Shown: positions 10,406-21,050 of the stretch, one piece after another
How the letters are laid out: every line of letters starts with the position of its first letter
Numbering within the stretch: position 1 is the first letter of the stretch
IMG/VR virus record: IMGVR_UViG_3300001528_000580
Span: 64,001-128,000 of that record
DNA: 64,000 nucleotides
DNA from: a virus
Taxonomy: Duplodnaviria > Caudoviricetes
Strand: one strand, 5' to 3'
The notes under the pieces: generated by a model
Databases searched by the model: none
Told to the model about the DNA's origin: nothing
What the model saw: only the letters and a program-made list of their open reading frames with translations
Program-made: the position numbers and the translations under genes

Positions 10406-10604
10406 ATCAAATTTATACACCTTAAAAAAATGAATTTGATTCAAAGAGGGAAAGAGAAATTCCCTCCTTTATTTTTTTATTTATTTGGATTCTAAACAAT
10501 ATTATTATCGATAATGATAATAAAAATAAATCGAATTTATTTTAGAATCAGACTTGAAAATGAAACGAAATAGTGTATAGTATATATAAACGGAGAACAA
10601 TTAT

Positions 10605-10787
10605 ATGCTTATTGCTTTATACATCATTGCATCATTAGCAATCATTTATTTATTGATTGCAGTATTGTTTTATGTGATTGCATGTAAAATCATGTGTCCC
10701 AAAAGCAAATGGCAATATATCGATTTAATGGTATTGGCTATTAACTGGTTTCCTGTATCACTTGTATTTATGTTTTTCACAGATTAA
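10605..10787 (+). CDS. small membrane protein
   Basis: Hydrophobic ORF, GGAG RBS. Confidence 0.7.
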   Translation: MLIALYIIASLAIIYLLIAVLFYVIACKIMCPKSKWQYIDLMVLAINWFPVSLVFMFFTD

Positions 10788-10890
10788 ATTTCAAATTTTT
10801 TCATTTTATCACTTGACTTTTTGCGAGTTGAATATATATTAATAACATAGCAAGATAAAACCTTTCAACCACAACATAAAGGGAAAAATC

Positions 10891-11247
10891 ATGGAAATCA
10901 AAACTCGTTACGAAATTCAGGATGACGAAAAGAACCTGAATAACATTGAACGGCAGAAAGAACAAACCAAAGAAGCTGGTCGGCAAGTTGCCGAATTGAT
11001 TATGCAGTTTATCAACGGTGGTTTTACTGCTGACTTCTTTGAAGGTTTCTTTGACATTATTCTGAATAGCCATCGAACATTGCAACAGGTATTTCAGAAA
11101 TACCTTATTCTTAAATGGATAAGAATGCAAGCACTCAAAACCGAAGGTTTTTTCGATGAGCGTAACAAGTATACGGTCGAACAATGTAAAATCATGGATA
11201 AAGCATTGCGTGACAATGAAAAACACTATAATCCACCGTTCATTTAA
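10891..11247 (+). CDS. hypothetical protein
   Basis: HRTLQQ motif, promoter and RBS. Confidence 0.75.
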   Translation: MEIKTRYEIQDDEKNLNNIERQKEQTKEAGRQVAELIMQFINGGFTADFFEGFFDIILNSHRTLQQVFQKYLILKWIRMQALKTEGFFDERNKYTVEQCKIMDKALRDNEKHYNPPFI

Positions 11248-11465
11248 TCGAAATATTAAAGGCTGATTGATTCAGCCTTTTTTGTTGTTTTAATATTATT
11301 GATATATTATCTATAATTATCGATAATAATATTTGAATTAATTTCATGTAATAAAAAAGTTTGAGTTAATTTCATTTTGTAGCTTGCAATTATATGTTTT
11401 TGGTGTATAGTAATATTAGAAACAAAAAAGCAATAGCTGTTACCACAATATAAAGGGATTAAATT

Positions 11466-11756
11466 ATGAGCCAATACACCCGTCTTGCATGTTCTGACGA
11501 GCAGGAAAGAGCTATTGCAACTATTGAAAAATGGTTGAAGAAGCTGAATAAAAATATTTGTGGTTCTACCAAAATTGGCAAGTATTACGATACTGTGATT
11601 TTGGATTTGGAATTTCATGGGAACAACATTTATGTTCATTCAAATGGATTTGAAGATACTGACTTTGGTAATGAAGGAGTAACAGTAAATAATGTCCATA
11701 TTGAAAATGAAGGACAGTTTGAAAAGTTCAAGGATGCTGTTATGAAAGATGAATAA
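11466..11756 (+). CDS. hypothetical protein
   Basis: ORF with promoter and RBS. Confidence 0.75.
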   Translation: MSQYTRLACSDEQERAIATIEKWLKKLNKNICGSTKIGKYYDTVILDLEFHGNNIYVHSNGFEDTDFGNEGVTVNNVHIENEGQFEKFKDAVMKDE

Positions 11757-12004
11757 TGAGCAGAACGTTTCGCAAAAGTGATATTTTCGAGTTTACGGAA
11801 GAAAGGCACAATAGGAGTGCCAAAGTTGACAAAAAACACTTGAGAATGAAAGTCCCTGATGGGAAGGTTCAAAGTCCTGTGTTTGATGCCTTTACAAATG
11901 ATGGTGATGGTTTTCTTGGTTATGGCGAAGAATTTTGTCACAAGAAGTTGTATAAGAAACTTCGTAACAAGAAAAAACGTCATCAAAAAGTTGATGAAGA
12001 ATAA
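11756..12004 (+). CDS. basic protein MSRTFRKS...
   Basis: Translationally coupled ORF. Confidence 0.7.
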   Translation: MSRTFRKSDIFEFTEERHNRSAKVDKKHLRMKVPDGKVQSPVFDAFTNDGDGFLGYGEEFCHKKLYKKLRNKKKRHQKVDEE

Positions 12005-12310
12005 AAAATATGATGCAGTAATTTAATTACTGCATTTTTTGTTTTTATATATTTGAAGATAATTTATGTATTATTATCGATAATAATATAGTTGTTGTTT
12101 TTATCAACAGAAAAAAGTAACATATTTTTTATTTTTCGACTTGAAAATATGATAATATGGTGTATAGTAATAAATAGAAAGAAGAAAGAGAGTTATGGAT
12201 AATATAATTGTTGTAGAAAAAATACTTGTTGTTTTATTTATAATTGCATTAGTTATATACGCTCATGTAGGATTATTCATTAGAACTAAATAAAAAAAGG
12301 GAAAGAAAAA

Positions 12311-12493
12311 ATGAAAATTATTATTCCGATTGTCATGTTTGTGTTTGTGTTTTTCGCTTTTATTGCCATTGCTCAATGGCTGTGGAGCATCTTTTGTCCT
12401 GTATTTGGTTTGCAGGAAATGACTTTTTGGCAGATGACAGCTTTCCTTGTGTTTGTCTCTGCTTTCCTTGCGCCTTGTTGGGTTAAACGGTGA
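12311..12493 (+). CDS. membrane protein (paralog of 16718)
   Basis: AQWLWSIFC...WQM motif. Confidence 0.7.
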   Translation: MKIIIPIVMFVFVFFAFIAIAQWLWSIFCPVFGLQEMTFWQMTAFLVFVSAFLAPCWVKR

Positions 12494-12545
12494 AATATTC
12501 CTGATAGTAAAATAGTTGAACAACCGAAAAGTAAAGGGTAACACA

Positions 12546-12821
12546 ATGGAAACCAAGAAACCGACAAGGGAAGAAGTTAAGAAAAAAACTTTGTCCGAAG
12601 AATTTGCAAATTTTTTCGGAAACCTTTACTTTCGATGGCTCGATGAGAAAGATTATGAGGACATCGAAGAATACAAAAAAGTCATTGAAAGAGAACTCGG
12701 TTACTCAATTAAGAGAATCAAAAAACGTCCTTTCAGTATCGAAATTGAAACAAGTGACAATTTCCTTATGACACTCAAAGCCAATTCCAGTGGTATTGAG
12801 TTGTTTCGACAGGCAATCTAA
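12546..12821 (+). CDS. hypothetical protein
   Basis: ORF, LYFRWLDEKDYED motif. Confidence 0.75.
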   Translation: METKKPTREEVKKKTLSEEFANFFGNLYFRWLDEKDYEDIEEYKKVIERELGYSIKRIKKRPFSIEIETSDNFLMTLKANSSGIELFRQAI

Positions 12822-13018
12822 TATCAATTTATGGTGGTGAAATATCCACCATTTTTGTTTTGCTAATTGAGTAACATTATTTTATATTATTATCGATAAT
12901 AATAAATTTATATATTCATTGCTAGATAAAATTTTGAATTTTTATTTTATTTTAACTTGACTTTTTCAAAAACTATGATATGTTATAAGTAGTAAAACAA
13001 CCATAGGGAGTATTAGAA

Positions 13019-13582
13019 ATGGATACGGCATATGTTTCACTTGAAGAAGCAAAAAGGCTTTCTTTTCAGTATGTCAAAGAAGCATACGATTATTTTGTAG
13101 AACATATTGAAGAAACACCGTTTCGGTATGAAAAACACCGTATTAAACTTATGCCTTTTATCATTTGGAAGAAAAAGGGATTCAAACTTGCAGGAACAGC
13201 TCATGGTGGTTCTCTGAATACTATTGAAATGAATATCAATTTCTTGTATTCACCGGACGCAATGAGATTTATCAAAAACACAAGTGTTCATGAATTAGCA
13301 CATCTTATCAATGGTTGGTTTCATGGACGTAACCATGACAAACAATGGAAATATATTGCTAAATTCATTGGTGACGATGGTGAACGTTGCCATGATTATA
13401 AGCTGCCGGAGATTGCAAGTAATAATCACAAGTATACAGCTTATTGTGCTTGTCGTGAATGGAAGTTTACAAAGTATCGTTATGACAAGTGCGCTGACGG
13501 AGGCTATCGTTGTAGGAAGTGTGGTGAACTGTTATCAACAAAACCATATCAAATATTGACAATTCACGTTAAAGCACAATAA
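13019..13582 (+). CDS. SprT-like zinc metalloprotease
   Basis: HELAH, HDKQWK, C-terminal CxC...CxxC ribbon. Confidence 0.85.
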   Translation: MDTAYVSLEEAKRLSFQYVKEAYDYFVEHIEETPFRYEKHRIKLMPFIIWKKKGFKLAGTAHGGSLNTIEMNINFLYSPDAMRFIKNTSVHELAHLINGWFHGRNHDKQWKYIAKFIGDDGERCHDYKLPEIASNNHKYTAYCACREWKFTKYRYDKCADGGYRCRKCGELLSTKPYQILTIHVKAQ

Positions 13583-13721
13583 ACAATATAATGGAGCTAT
13601 ACAAATGGCTCCATTATTCTTTTTAGAATATTGTTGTTTTTAGATATACTATTATCGATAATAATATATAAATGATTATTTTGATGTGATAAAAAAATTC
13701 TGATTTTTTTTGAAACGTTAC

Positions 13722-14051
13722 TTGAAATTTAGTTGTTTGAGTGTATAGTATATATTGTAACAAGAAAACGTTACAAGTTGATTGAAAATGAGGTTAAATA
13801 AAAAACTGATTTTCTTTGAAATAAGACTTGAAAAACTTAAAAATGGTGATACATTATAAGTAACAAGCAAAAAGCTGTTAAGTTGATAAAAAAAAGAAAA
13901 ATCAAAAAAAGTTAAAAATAAGACTTGAAAAAATCAAAATCGATGATATAGTATATAGTATCAAAGAAAAAGAAAACAAGTCAAGTTTATAACAAAAAAA
14001 ATTAAAAAAGTTTACAATGCCACTTGAAAAATTAAAAAATGGTGGTATAGT
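13722..14051 (+). promoter_or_regulatory. four tandem sigma70-like promoters
   Basis: TTGAAA at 13722, 13828, 13926, 14024, each with a -10 TA(T/C)A(G/T)T. Confidence 0.75.
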
Positions 14052-14116
14052 AATAAAAGAAAAGAGAACTGAATGGTTCGGTTCTCAAAAACCTGAAATC
14101 ATGAAGGAGGTAAATC

Positions 14117-14638
14117 ATGATTCGTAAATTTGAAGTTGGAATGAAGCTGGAAATTCAGAACGGCGCTCAGCGGGTCAATGTCATCGTGACCGATGTTCCG
14201 GAAGATGCCAATGAAAAGCTGACGGTGGCATTCGAGAAGTCCGGCAAGGAACGCAAGATTTCTCGTGAAGCGCTGAAAACAGCCACTCGTGTGAAAGAAG
14301 TCAAGGAAAAGCGTCCGTCCGTGGTTTCGACGGCGATTCAGATTCTCGTGGACAAGAACGTCCCGATGACAATCAAGCAGATTACCGAGTGTCTGCCCGA
14401 ATATGGGTACACTCAGCCTCGTGAGGGAAAGACCCTTGCGAACAGTGTTTCGAGCCGGATGAACGGTGCCGCCAAAGAAGGCAAGTGCAAGAAGCTGGCG
14501 AACGGCGTATTCGCCGCAAACGAATGCACCGTGGAGTATGTGAAGCCCTTGACTGCCGCTTCCAAGAAGGCTCTTGAAGCCGAAGCCAAGAAAGAGGCGG
14601 TTGCGAAGGAACTGGCGGAGGCTCTTGCCGAAGCCTAA
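14117..14638 (+). CDS. winged-helix (HARE-HTH-like) protein, paralog 2
   Basis: PMTIKQI...GKTLANSVSSRM...KKLANGVF; GC-rich codons, GGAGG RBS. Confidence 0.7.
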   Translation: MIRKFEVGMKLEIQNGAQRVNVIVTDVPEDANEKLTVAFEKSGKERKISREALKTATRVKEVKEKRPSVVSTAIQILVDKNVPMTIKQITECLPEYGYTQPREGKTLANSVSSRMNGAAKEGKCKKLANGVFAANECTVEYVKPLTAASKKALEAEAKKEAVAKELAEALAEA

Positions 14639-14863
14639 GAGGTGACAATGGGGGAGAAATCCCCCTTGTTCTAAAAAAATTAAACACTATCAGAAAAAAA
14701 CTGATAGTGTTTTTTATTACATATTTTTTTGAAACTATTGTTTATTATTATCGATAATAATATAATTGTGTGTTACTTATGCAGATAAAAAATTCAATTT
14801 TTCTTTTGTTTTAACTTGTAATTTTCTAAATGTGGTGTATAGTATATTAAAAGGAAGAAAAAT

Positions 14864-15256
14864 ATGAAACTTATAATTAAAGATTCTGCAAACTCGTTTA
14901 TAATCAGTGATTCAATGCACTATCATAAGGTATTGCAGGAACGTGAAAGATTAGGTTTTCGTAATGTTGGAATTGATAAAGTTCCAACTCATGATGAAAT
15001 AAAAAATCTTCCTATATTTGCAGGTGGAAAGTTTGTTTATAAAACAGAACCTAAAGTTATATGGGAAGTCGAAGAAATAACAATAGAATGGTTGGATGGA
15101 TATTATTTTAATGCTTTCTGTTCAAATGGGAAAGAATATAGGTGTATACCATTCTATAACCGTAATTGCATCAATCCCCATATTATAAGGGATATTGACA
15201 ATTTCAAAAACAAAACAACCATAAGGAATAGGAAGAATGAAAAAAGCGATTTATAA
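14864..15256 (+). CDS. hypothetical protein (paralog of 56308-56718)
   Basis: Shared ERExxG and DGYY motifs. Confidence 0.75.
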   Translation: MKLIIKDSANSFIISDSMHYHKVLQERERLGFRNVGIDKVPTHDEIKNLPIFAGGKFVYKTEPKVIWEVEEITIEWLDGYYFNAFCSNGKEYRCIPFYNRNCINPHIIRDIDNFKNKTTIRNRKNEKSDL

Positions 15257-15683
15257 TCGGCAGGGAAATCAGATTGTTGAAACTGGTCATAAAACTTTTG
15301 ACCGTCAAACAAATGCTATTTCACATGGCAATGTTATAGCCAATACCATGTTCGGCTCATATATTCGCTCTTATACTGAAACTGAGTGTAATGGTTTTGA
15401 TTTTCCTGTTGGACATTTGTTTAATGTTGATATGAAGCCATTTATTGAACGGATGGGATTACGCAATCAGCGTATTATTGAATATATCAAAGAAGAAACA
15501 GAAGCACGGCAAAAGTCCGTTATTCTGTATTGCTTTTTCCATTGGAGAAATGGGGAACGTATCGTTCATGGATACATTTTGACTGACTGGGATTATAATC
15601 ATATTCAAACATTTTATGGAGAAAGATATAGCAGTAAATCCATTTCAGTTCTTGAAGAATGCAAACAGTATGTTTGTAATTGA
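15237..15683 (+). CDS. hypothetical protein
   Basis: ORF, RBS. Confidence 0.75.
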   Translation: MKKAIYNRQGNQIVETGHKTFDRQTNAISHGNVIANTMFGSYIRSYTETECNGFDFPVGHLFNVDMKPFIERMGLRNQRIIEYIKEETEARQKSVILYCFFHWRNGERIVHGYILTDWDYNHIQTFYGERYSSKSISVLEECKQYVCN

Positions 15684-15877
15684 AACTGATTCAAAATTCA
15701 GGAGTATAAAAAGCTCCTGTTTTTTATTTTAATTTTGAATCCGATTTATTATCTATTGTTATCGATAATAATATATCTTAATTTATTAAAGCAAAAATAA
15801 TTATGATATATTAATAAAATTGATTGATTTTTCTATTAACGATTGTATATTAGCTATAACCAAATAGGAGAATAAAA

Positions 15878-16147
15878 ATGAATAGAAATGAATCAAATTC
15901 AAAAAACATTGATTCCATTGAAGAACATACTCGGAAAACAGAAAGAAAGATTATTATAATATGGAGTATTACATTAATTATAATAATATTATCAATTATA
16001 AATGTGTTCTATCCATTTATTTCTGATTATATTGATTCATATTTTATAAATGGAAATGGAGAAATAGATTATAATAAAAAAACGTATAGCCTTGTTTCGT
16101 TTATGATATGGTATGTTCCATTTTGTTTCATGATTTTCAAAAAATAA
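15878..16147 (+). CDS. membrane protein
   Basis: TM segments, AGGAG RBS. Confidence 0.65.
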   Translation: MNRNESNSKNIDSIEEHTRKTERKIIIIWSITLIIIILSIINVFYPFISDYIDSYFINGNGEIDYNKKTYSLVSFMIWYVPFCFMIFKK

Positions 16148-16234
16148 ATAATAATATTTTTTCTATATAATAACTTGCATTTCATTAAAATTGGTGTATA
16201 GTATATATACAATCAATATGGAAGGGAGTTAAAA

Positions 16235-16639
16235 ATGGCAAATGTTTGTGAAACAATTATCATTGCTGAATTTGATTCAGAGAAAGCAAAAAATGAATTA
16301 TTTTTGAAACTCCAAAACACCATAAAGAAAAATGATGACGGAATAGATTATTTCACTCTTGGAAGTGAAAAGTGTTTTTTGTTTGATGGAGCTATTGAAG
16401 ATACTGAACAGTCACCAAAGAAATTGGAAATGGTTTTTTCTTCAAAGTGGACAGGTTGTGAATCCATTGAAGTATTCAAAGAAATTATCGAATATTTGAA
16501 AGTAGATGGATTGAAAAAATTTGCTTTATATGATTATGAACCTTTAGAAAATTTCAAATACCATTATACCTATCATAATGGAAAATTTTATGAAGGAAAA
16601 GGAAATGCTCATGCAGGGAAATATATGGGAATTGAATAA
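16235..16639 (+). CDS. YubB/DUF1281-like ferredoxin-fold protein
   Basis: MANxC N-terminus, FxSKW and YEP motifs. Confidence 0.55.
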   Translation: MANVCETIIIAEFDSEKAKNELFLKLQNTIKKNDDGIDYFTLGSEKCFLFDGAIEDTEQSPKKLEMVFSSKWTGCESIEVFKEIIEYLKVDGLKKFALYDYEPLENFKYHYTYHNGKFYEGKGNAHAGKYMGIE

Positions 16640-16717
16640 AAATTAAAAAATAGATTTGACTTTTCATAATATGCTCTTATATTATATGTAATATATAATA
16701 TAGGAGTATAATGTTAT

Positions 16718-16930
16718 ATGAATAAAATTGTTTATATTATAGGTGGAATTGTTGGATTTATTATTGGATATAGTGCTGTAATGTTATTACTAACATTTTT
16801 AGCACAATGGTTATGGAGTATCTTTTGCGTTTGTATAAATTGCAGTCCCATGTCCTATTGGCAAATGTTTAGTTTTATTATCTTCTTATCAATGTTTATT
16901 GTACCTCGTTATGTAAATACAGGAAAATAA
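16718..16930 (+). CDS. membrane protein (paralog of 12311)
   Basis: AQWLWSIFC...WQM motif. Confidence 0.7.
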   Translation: MNKIVYIIGGIVGFIIGYSAVMLLLTFLAQWLWSIFCVCINCSPMSYWQMFSFIIFLSMFIVPRYVNTGK

Positions 16931-17017
16931 CGTTTTTTTCTATATAACAACTTGCATTTTATAAAAACTAGTGTATAGTATATGTAGAAACAAAAAACAA
17001 AATAAGAGGTCAAAATT

Positions 17018-17203
17018 ATGTGCGCTGGTGCTTGCAAATGTAAAGAACGTAAAGAAATTGCAAAGAAAGCTGCAAATGCAAAACTTGACGAAGCAAGGGA
17101 GCTTGCAAGGCAGTTGATGGACGAGGGAAATGAAGGTGTTACAAAACTCGACAAAATCATGACTTTGATTGATACAGCCAAAAATCATATTCACAACATT
17201 TAA
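17018..17203 (+). CDS. hypothetical protein
   Basis: ORF with promoter and RBS. Confidence 0.7.
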   Translation: MCAGACKCKERKEIAKKAANAKLDEARELARQLMDEGNEGVTKLDKIMTLIDTAKNHIHNI

Positions 17204-17225
17204 CCAAAATAATAAGGTAAAAATT

Positions 17226-17438
17226 ATGGCGAAGATTGTTGTTGTAGTTCATGGTGGATTGGTGGAAAGTGTTTACACTGATGACGGAAACGCCGAAGTA
17301 AAGTTGATTGATTACGATATTCTCAAGGATGACATGGGAAAATCGTATCAGGAAATTACTGAAATTACCAAAAAAAATGTTGGCGACCTGAAAAATAATC
17401 CTATCGGATATGTTTCCGATATTGAGGAAGTTGAATAA
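17226..17438 (+). CDS. hypothetical protein
   Basis: IVVVVHGGLVESVY motif. Confidence 0.75.
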   Translation: MAKIVVVVHGGLVESVYTDDGNAEVKLIDYDILKDDMGKSYQEITEITKKNVGDLKNNPIGYVSDIEEVE

Positions 17439-17698
17439 AAATTAGAATATAACAACCTACAATGCGATTACCCATAGAGATATGCGGTATGTGGAACAGA
17501 GTAGGTTGTTTTTTTATATATTTAATGTCGAATATTCATATATTATTATCGATAATAATATACATTATTTTGTTTGTTAAAATGTTACCATCAAAAAATA
17601 TTATATTTTTTCATAAATCAACTTGAAAAATTGCGTTAAAGGTGTATAGTATATATAGAATGAAAGAGAAACACCAAAACAACCACAAGGTGAATATA

Positions 17699-18433
17699 AT
17701 GGAGATTAGCAATCTGACGATTGAACTTACTCGTAAATGCAACATGAAATGCAAACATTGCTTGCGTGGTACTCCTCAATGTGTTTCTTTGAGAAGAGAA
17801 GCATTGAAAAATATTTTCAAAAATGTTGAATATATTGGAGCATTACAATTTACAGGCGGTGAGCCGTTGCTTGCATTGTATCAAATGCGGCAAATTGTCG
17901 ATTACTTGAAATGGGCTAATATTGAAATTGGCTATTTTTGGATTAAAACCAATGGAACTATCTTTTCAAAAGCATTCTTGAAATATTTGCAGGAATTGCA
18001 GAATATTACAAATGAACCTGACATGTGTTGTATGGAATTTTCGCTTGATCAATATCATAATAGCAAATATAAAAATGTTATTTATGAATATCAAAATTAT
18101 GAATATGAATACACTTTCATTAAAGCAAGTGACAATTTGCATAGTAAATACAATAAAATTTATACTATTATTAAAGAAGGTAGAGCTAAACGGTTAAGGA
18201 AATACGAGGTTTACAATTTTGATAAACCGAGCTTTTATGATGGTTGGAATGCTGATGATTATGATACCGATAATATGATATATGTTTCAGCAAATGGTAA
18301 TGTAATGACAGATTGCAATTTGTCATTCAATAGCATTGACAAGTATTCTTTCGGAAATATTTACAAAGAAACACTTGAAAGTATTGTTGACAGGAACACC
18401 AAAGAAGAAATTAAAAAAATTTATGCAAAATGA
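17699..18433 (+). CDS. radical SAM protein with C-terminal SPASM/twitch-like remnant
   Basis: CNMKCKHC, TGGEP, TNG, YVSANGNV..C, GNIYKETLESI. Confidence 0.9.
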   Translation: MEISNLTIELTRKCNMKCKHCLRGTPQCVSLRREALKNIFKNVEYIGALQFTGGEPLLALYQMRQIVDYLKWANIEIGYFWIKTNGTIFSKAFLKYLQELQNITNEPDMCCMEFSLDQYHNSKYKNVIYEYQNYEYEYTFIKASDNLHSKYNKIYTIIKEGRAKRLRKYEVYNFDKPSFYDGWNADDYDTDNMIYVSANGNVMTDCNLSFNSIDKYSFGNIYKETLESIVDRNTKEEIKKIYAK

Positions 18434-18501
18434 CAAATAACAACTTGAAATTCTCGCTTTTTGTGTTATATTAACAATAACAACCAAAGGGAGGTTTGAG
18501 A

Positions 18502-18690
18502 ATGGGAATGATTAAAGTCCGTGCATCAAAAATTAAATGGAATGTCGATGACAAATCAGAACTTGAATATTTGCCAACTGAATGTATTCTTGAAGTTGAA
18601 ATCGATGAACTGGATGAAGTCATCAGTGACAAATTAAGTGAAGAATATGGCTTCTGCCATGAGGGATTTGAATATGAGATTATAAAATAA
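18502..18690 (+). CDS. small acidic protein
   Basis: ISDKLSEEYGFCH motif, GGAGG RBS. Confidence 0.75.
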   Translation: MGMIKVRASKIKWNVDDKSELEYLPTECILEVEIDELDEVISDKLSEEYGFCHEGFEYEIIK

Positions 18691-18919
18691 ACACAACACA
18701 AGAGAGTAACTATATAGTTACTCTCTTTTTTATTTTGTTGTTTGATAAAAACTATTATATTATTATCGATAATAATATAAATACTATTGTTATATATGTA
18801 TAACAAATAAAAAATATACTATTTTTTTTAGTTTTTACTTGAATTTTTCTAAATATGGTGTATAGTAAACACATAGCAAAAAATAACCTAAAACCACAAC
18901 TATAAGAAAAGGTGAAAAA

Positions 18920-19339
18920 ATGAATAATCAAGTATTGGAAGTCCTTTCTCTGATTGAAAACAAAAAATCGGATATTATTACATGTATTGATGAACTGAAA
19001 AGTTTTGAAATTATTAGCATTGAAACCTTACAAAAAGCACATGATAGAAGAAAATATTATAAAACATTAAAGTATTTTGGCGTTTTGAATTATTTGATGT
19101 ATCAAAAATTTTTTGACTTTTGGCACAAAAAATGTGACAAATGTAATATTGAACATAGTTTTAATAAACGTTATCAAATGATTCATGCTGTATTAAGTTT
19201 GTTAAAAAAAGAAAATAAAAAAATGACCTTTAAGGAATTGTCGGAAATTTGTGAATGTCAAATTATAGATATTAAAAATTTTCTTGACAGTCAATATAAT
19301 TGTGGAAAGTTTGAAAACAATATTATTGATGGAAAATAA
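18920..19339 (+). CDS. hypothetical protein, possible C-terminal HTH
   Basis: MTFKELSEIC. Confidence 0.65.
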   Translation: MNNQVLEVLSLIENKKSDIITCIDELKSFEIISIETLQKAHDRRKYYKTLKYFGVLNYLMYQKFFDFWHKKCDKCNIEHSFNKRYQMIHAVLSLLKKENKKMTFKELSEICECQIIDIKNFLDSQYNCGKFENNIIDGK

Positions 19340-19588
19340 GAATAGTAAAAATGCAAGGAATTTATCTTTGCATTTTTGTTTTAACATTTTATGATTATAA
19401 ATTAATATTATTATCGATAATAATATAATATGATATAATCACTTTCCAAAAATGATTGTGATACTAAACAAAAAAATATTGACTTTTTTCATTTTAACAC
19501 TTGAAAAATCATTGTTTGGATGTATATTTATATTAGAAAAGAGAAACAAGGGGTTTCTCTAAAACGACAAACCATAGTGGAGGTAATT

Positions 19589-20053
19589 ATGGAAAAGTCA
19601 CAAGTCAGAGTCGGTTGGAAGTATCGCAAAGTTTGTGGTGCTGTCGCATCGGAAATTTCAATCGTTGAAAAACTGGAAGACGGAACTTTTACCTGCTCTT
19701 ACAAGAGCGGAAAAACGTTCAAGGCAAGCCGTGAAACGATTTGCTCATGGGAACGCATCGTCAAGGCAAAGCCGGAACACAAGAAGCGCATCAATCAGCC
19801 TGTTTTGGTTGACGCTTGCAAAACGGCGTTGAACGCTGAAAAGCGTTGGTTGACACCTACGGAGCTTGTCAAGCAGTTGGTCGAAAAGGGGCTTTACAAA
19901 TTCACGGAGAAAGCCAAAACGCCCCATTGCACTGTCAGCAGTCGGTTGAATACTTATTTGCGTGAAGGCGGCAAAGGTATTCAGAAGTTCGGGCGTGGAC
20001 ATTTCGCCGCCGAAGGTGTTGAACCTCCGGTTGCAACTCCTGCCGAAGCATAA
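19589..20053 (+). CDS. winged-helix (HARE-HTH-like) protein, paralog 3
   Basis: LTPTELV...AKTPHCTVSSRL...KFGRGHF; GC-rich codons. Confidence 0.75.
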   Translation: MEKSQVRVGWKYRKVCGAVASEISIVEKLEDGTFTCSYKSGKTFKASRETICSWERIVKAKPEHKKRINQPVLVDACKTALNAEKRWLTPTELVKQLVEKGLYKFTEKAKTPHCTVSSRLNTYLREGGKGIQKFGRGHFAAEGVEPPVATPAEA

Positions 20054-20229
20054 GGAATAAAAGCAAGGGGAAAATTCCCCTTGCTTTTTTGTTTCCAACT
20101 TTTACCATCATAATCTTATATTATTATCGATAATAATATATTTTTGATCGATGGTCTTTTTTTGTCTACAGATCTCGTACTATAGATCTGCGGACATCTT
20201 TTTATATCATTATCGATAATAATATATTA

Positions 20230-20471
20230 ATGTTTGATGGTAGATAATAATAGTTATTAGATTGTGGTAAAGATAATAATAATTATCAGATTCAGGTAAA
20301 GATATTTCAGTTGAAATGATTATGGTAAAGATTAATCTATTGTTCAGATGAAGAAGGAGATGTTTGATTCATCTTGATGGAGATATTGATTAATTCATTG
20401 ATCAGATTATGATAAAGATTAAAATCTATTATAGATTATGATATAGATTAAAAAATAATCTTGATAAAGAT
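20230..20471 (+). repeat. degenerate 29-bp-period tandem repeat (xGAT-N8-xGAT core), iteron-like
   Basis: Units at 20230, 20259, 20288, 20317, 20346, 20375, 20404, 20433. Confidence 0.7.
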
Positions 20472-20479
20472 TTATATTG

Positions 20480-21037
20480 TTACCATAACAAAGATAAAAG
20501 AATTGACTTAATCAAACTTGGTTTATAAGTAAGATTATAAATATCATTTTCAAGTTTCCATCTTCTGATATTTTTATAACCAGTTTTTGCATATAATGGA
20601 ATATGAATTTTTGATTTATAATGTTCACTTACAAGATTCATAATATGGAATGCAGGACTAAATTCAAAATCTTCAACAGAAACTTTTCTGATTTTAAATT
20701 TTGAAAATCCAATGTTGAAAGTTTTATCAAGTGAAAAATTCTTTACTTCAACTTCTTCACTACAGATTTGATTATAACCACTTCTCAAATCAACCATTTC
20801 AATATTGCAAGTAACAAATGATTTGAGATCTTTGTCAACAACCAAATTAAATGTTGCGACATATTTTGCATTCAAGAACAAAGAATTATATTCAACAACA
20901 AAACTGTCAACAATTGAATCTTTAAAATATTCAAGATTAATTGTTTTTTCATCATCAATATTTACTTGTTCTTTATTTTCCAGAATTTCCTTCCAGAAAT
21001 TGTAACGAAAGATTGTCATATTATAAATGTGCTTCAT
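20480..21037 (-). CDS. hypothetical protein
   Basis: ORF, AGGAG RBS. Confidence 0.7.
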   Translation of the reverse strand: MKHIYNMTIFRYNFWKEILENKEQVNIDDEKTINLEYFKDSIVDSFVVEYNSLFLNAKYVATFNLVVDKDLKSFVTCNIEMVDLRSGYNQICSEEVEVKNFSLDKTFNIGFSKFKIRKVSVEDFEFSPAFHIMNLVSEHYKSKIHIPLYAKTGYKNIRRWKLENDIYNLTYKPSLIKSILLSLLW

Positions 21038-21050
21038 AAATTTCTCCTAT

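Larger units (their letters stand above)
45..20224. repeat. Dispersed 20-bp palindrome TATTATTATCGATAATAATA, 23 copies (starts about 45, 822, 1483, 2144, 2884, 3840, 4804, 6167, 6906, 8464, 9745, 10500, 11312, 12069, 12885, 13647, 14743, 15754, 17541, 18758, 19406, 20119, 20205)
   Basis: Read directly. 0-2 mismatches, always intergenic, usually just downstream of an intrinsic terminator. Confidence 0.95.

Noticed and set aside
45-20224. Palindrome series as a CRISPR array or integron attC array
   Set aside because: Spacing is about 0.7-1.8 kb with whole transcription units between copies. There are no RYYYAAC/GTTRRRY cores or extrahelical bases, and no integrase or cas gene in the window.
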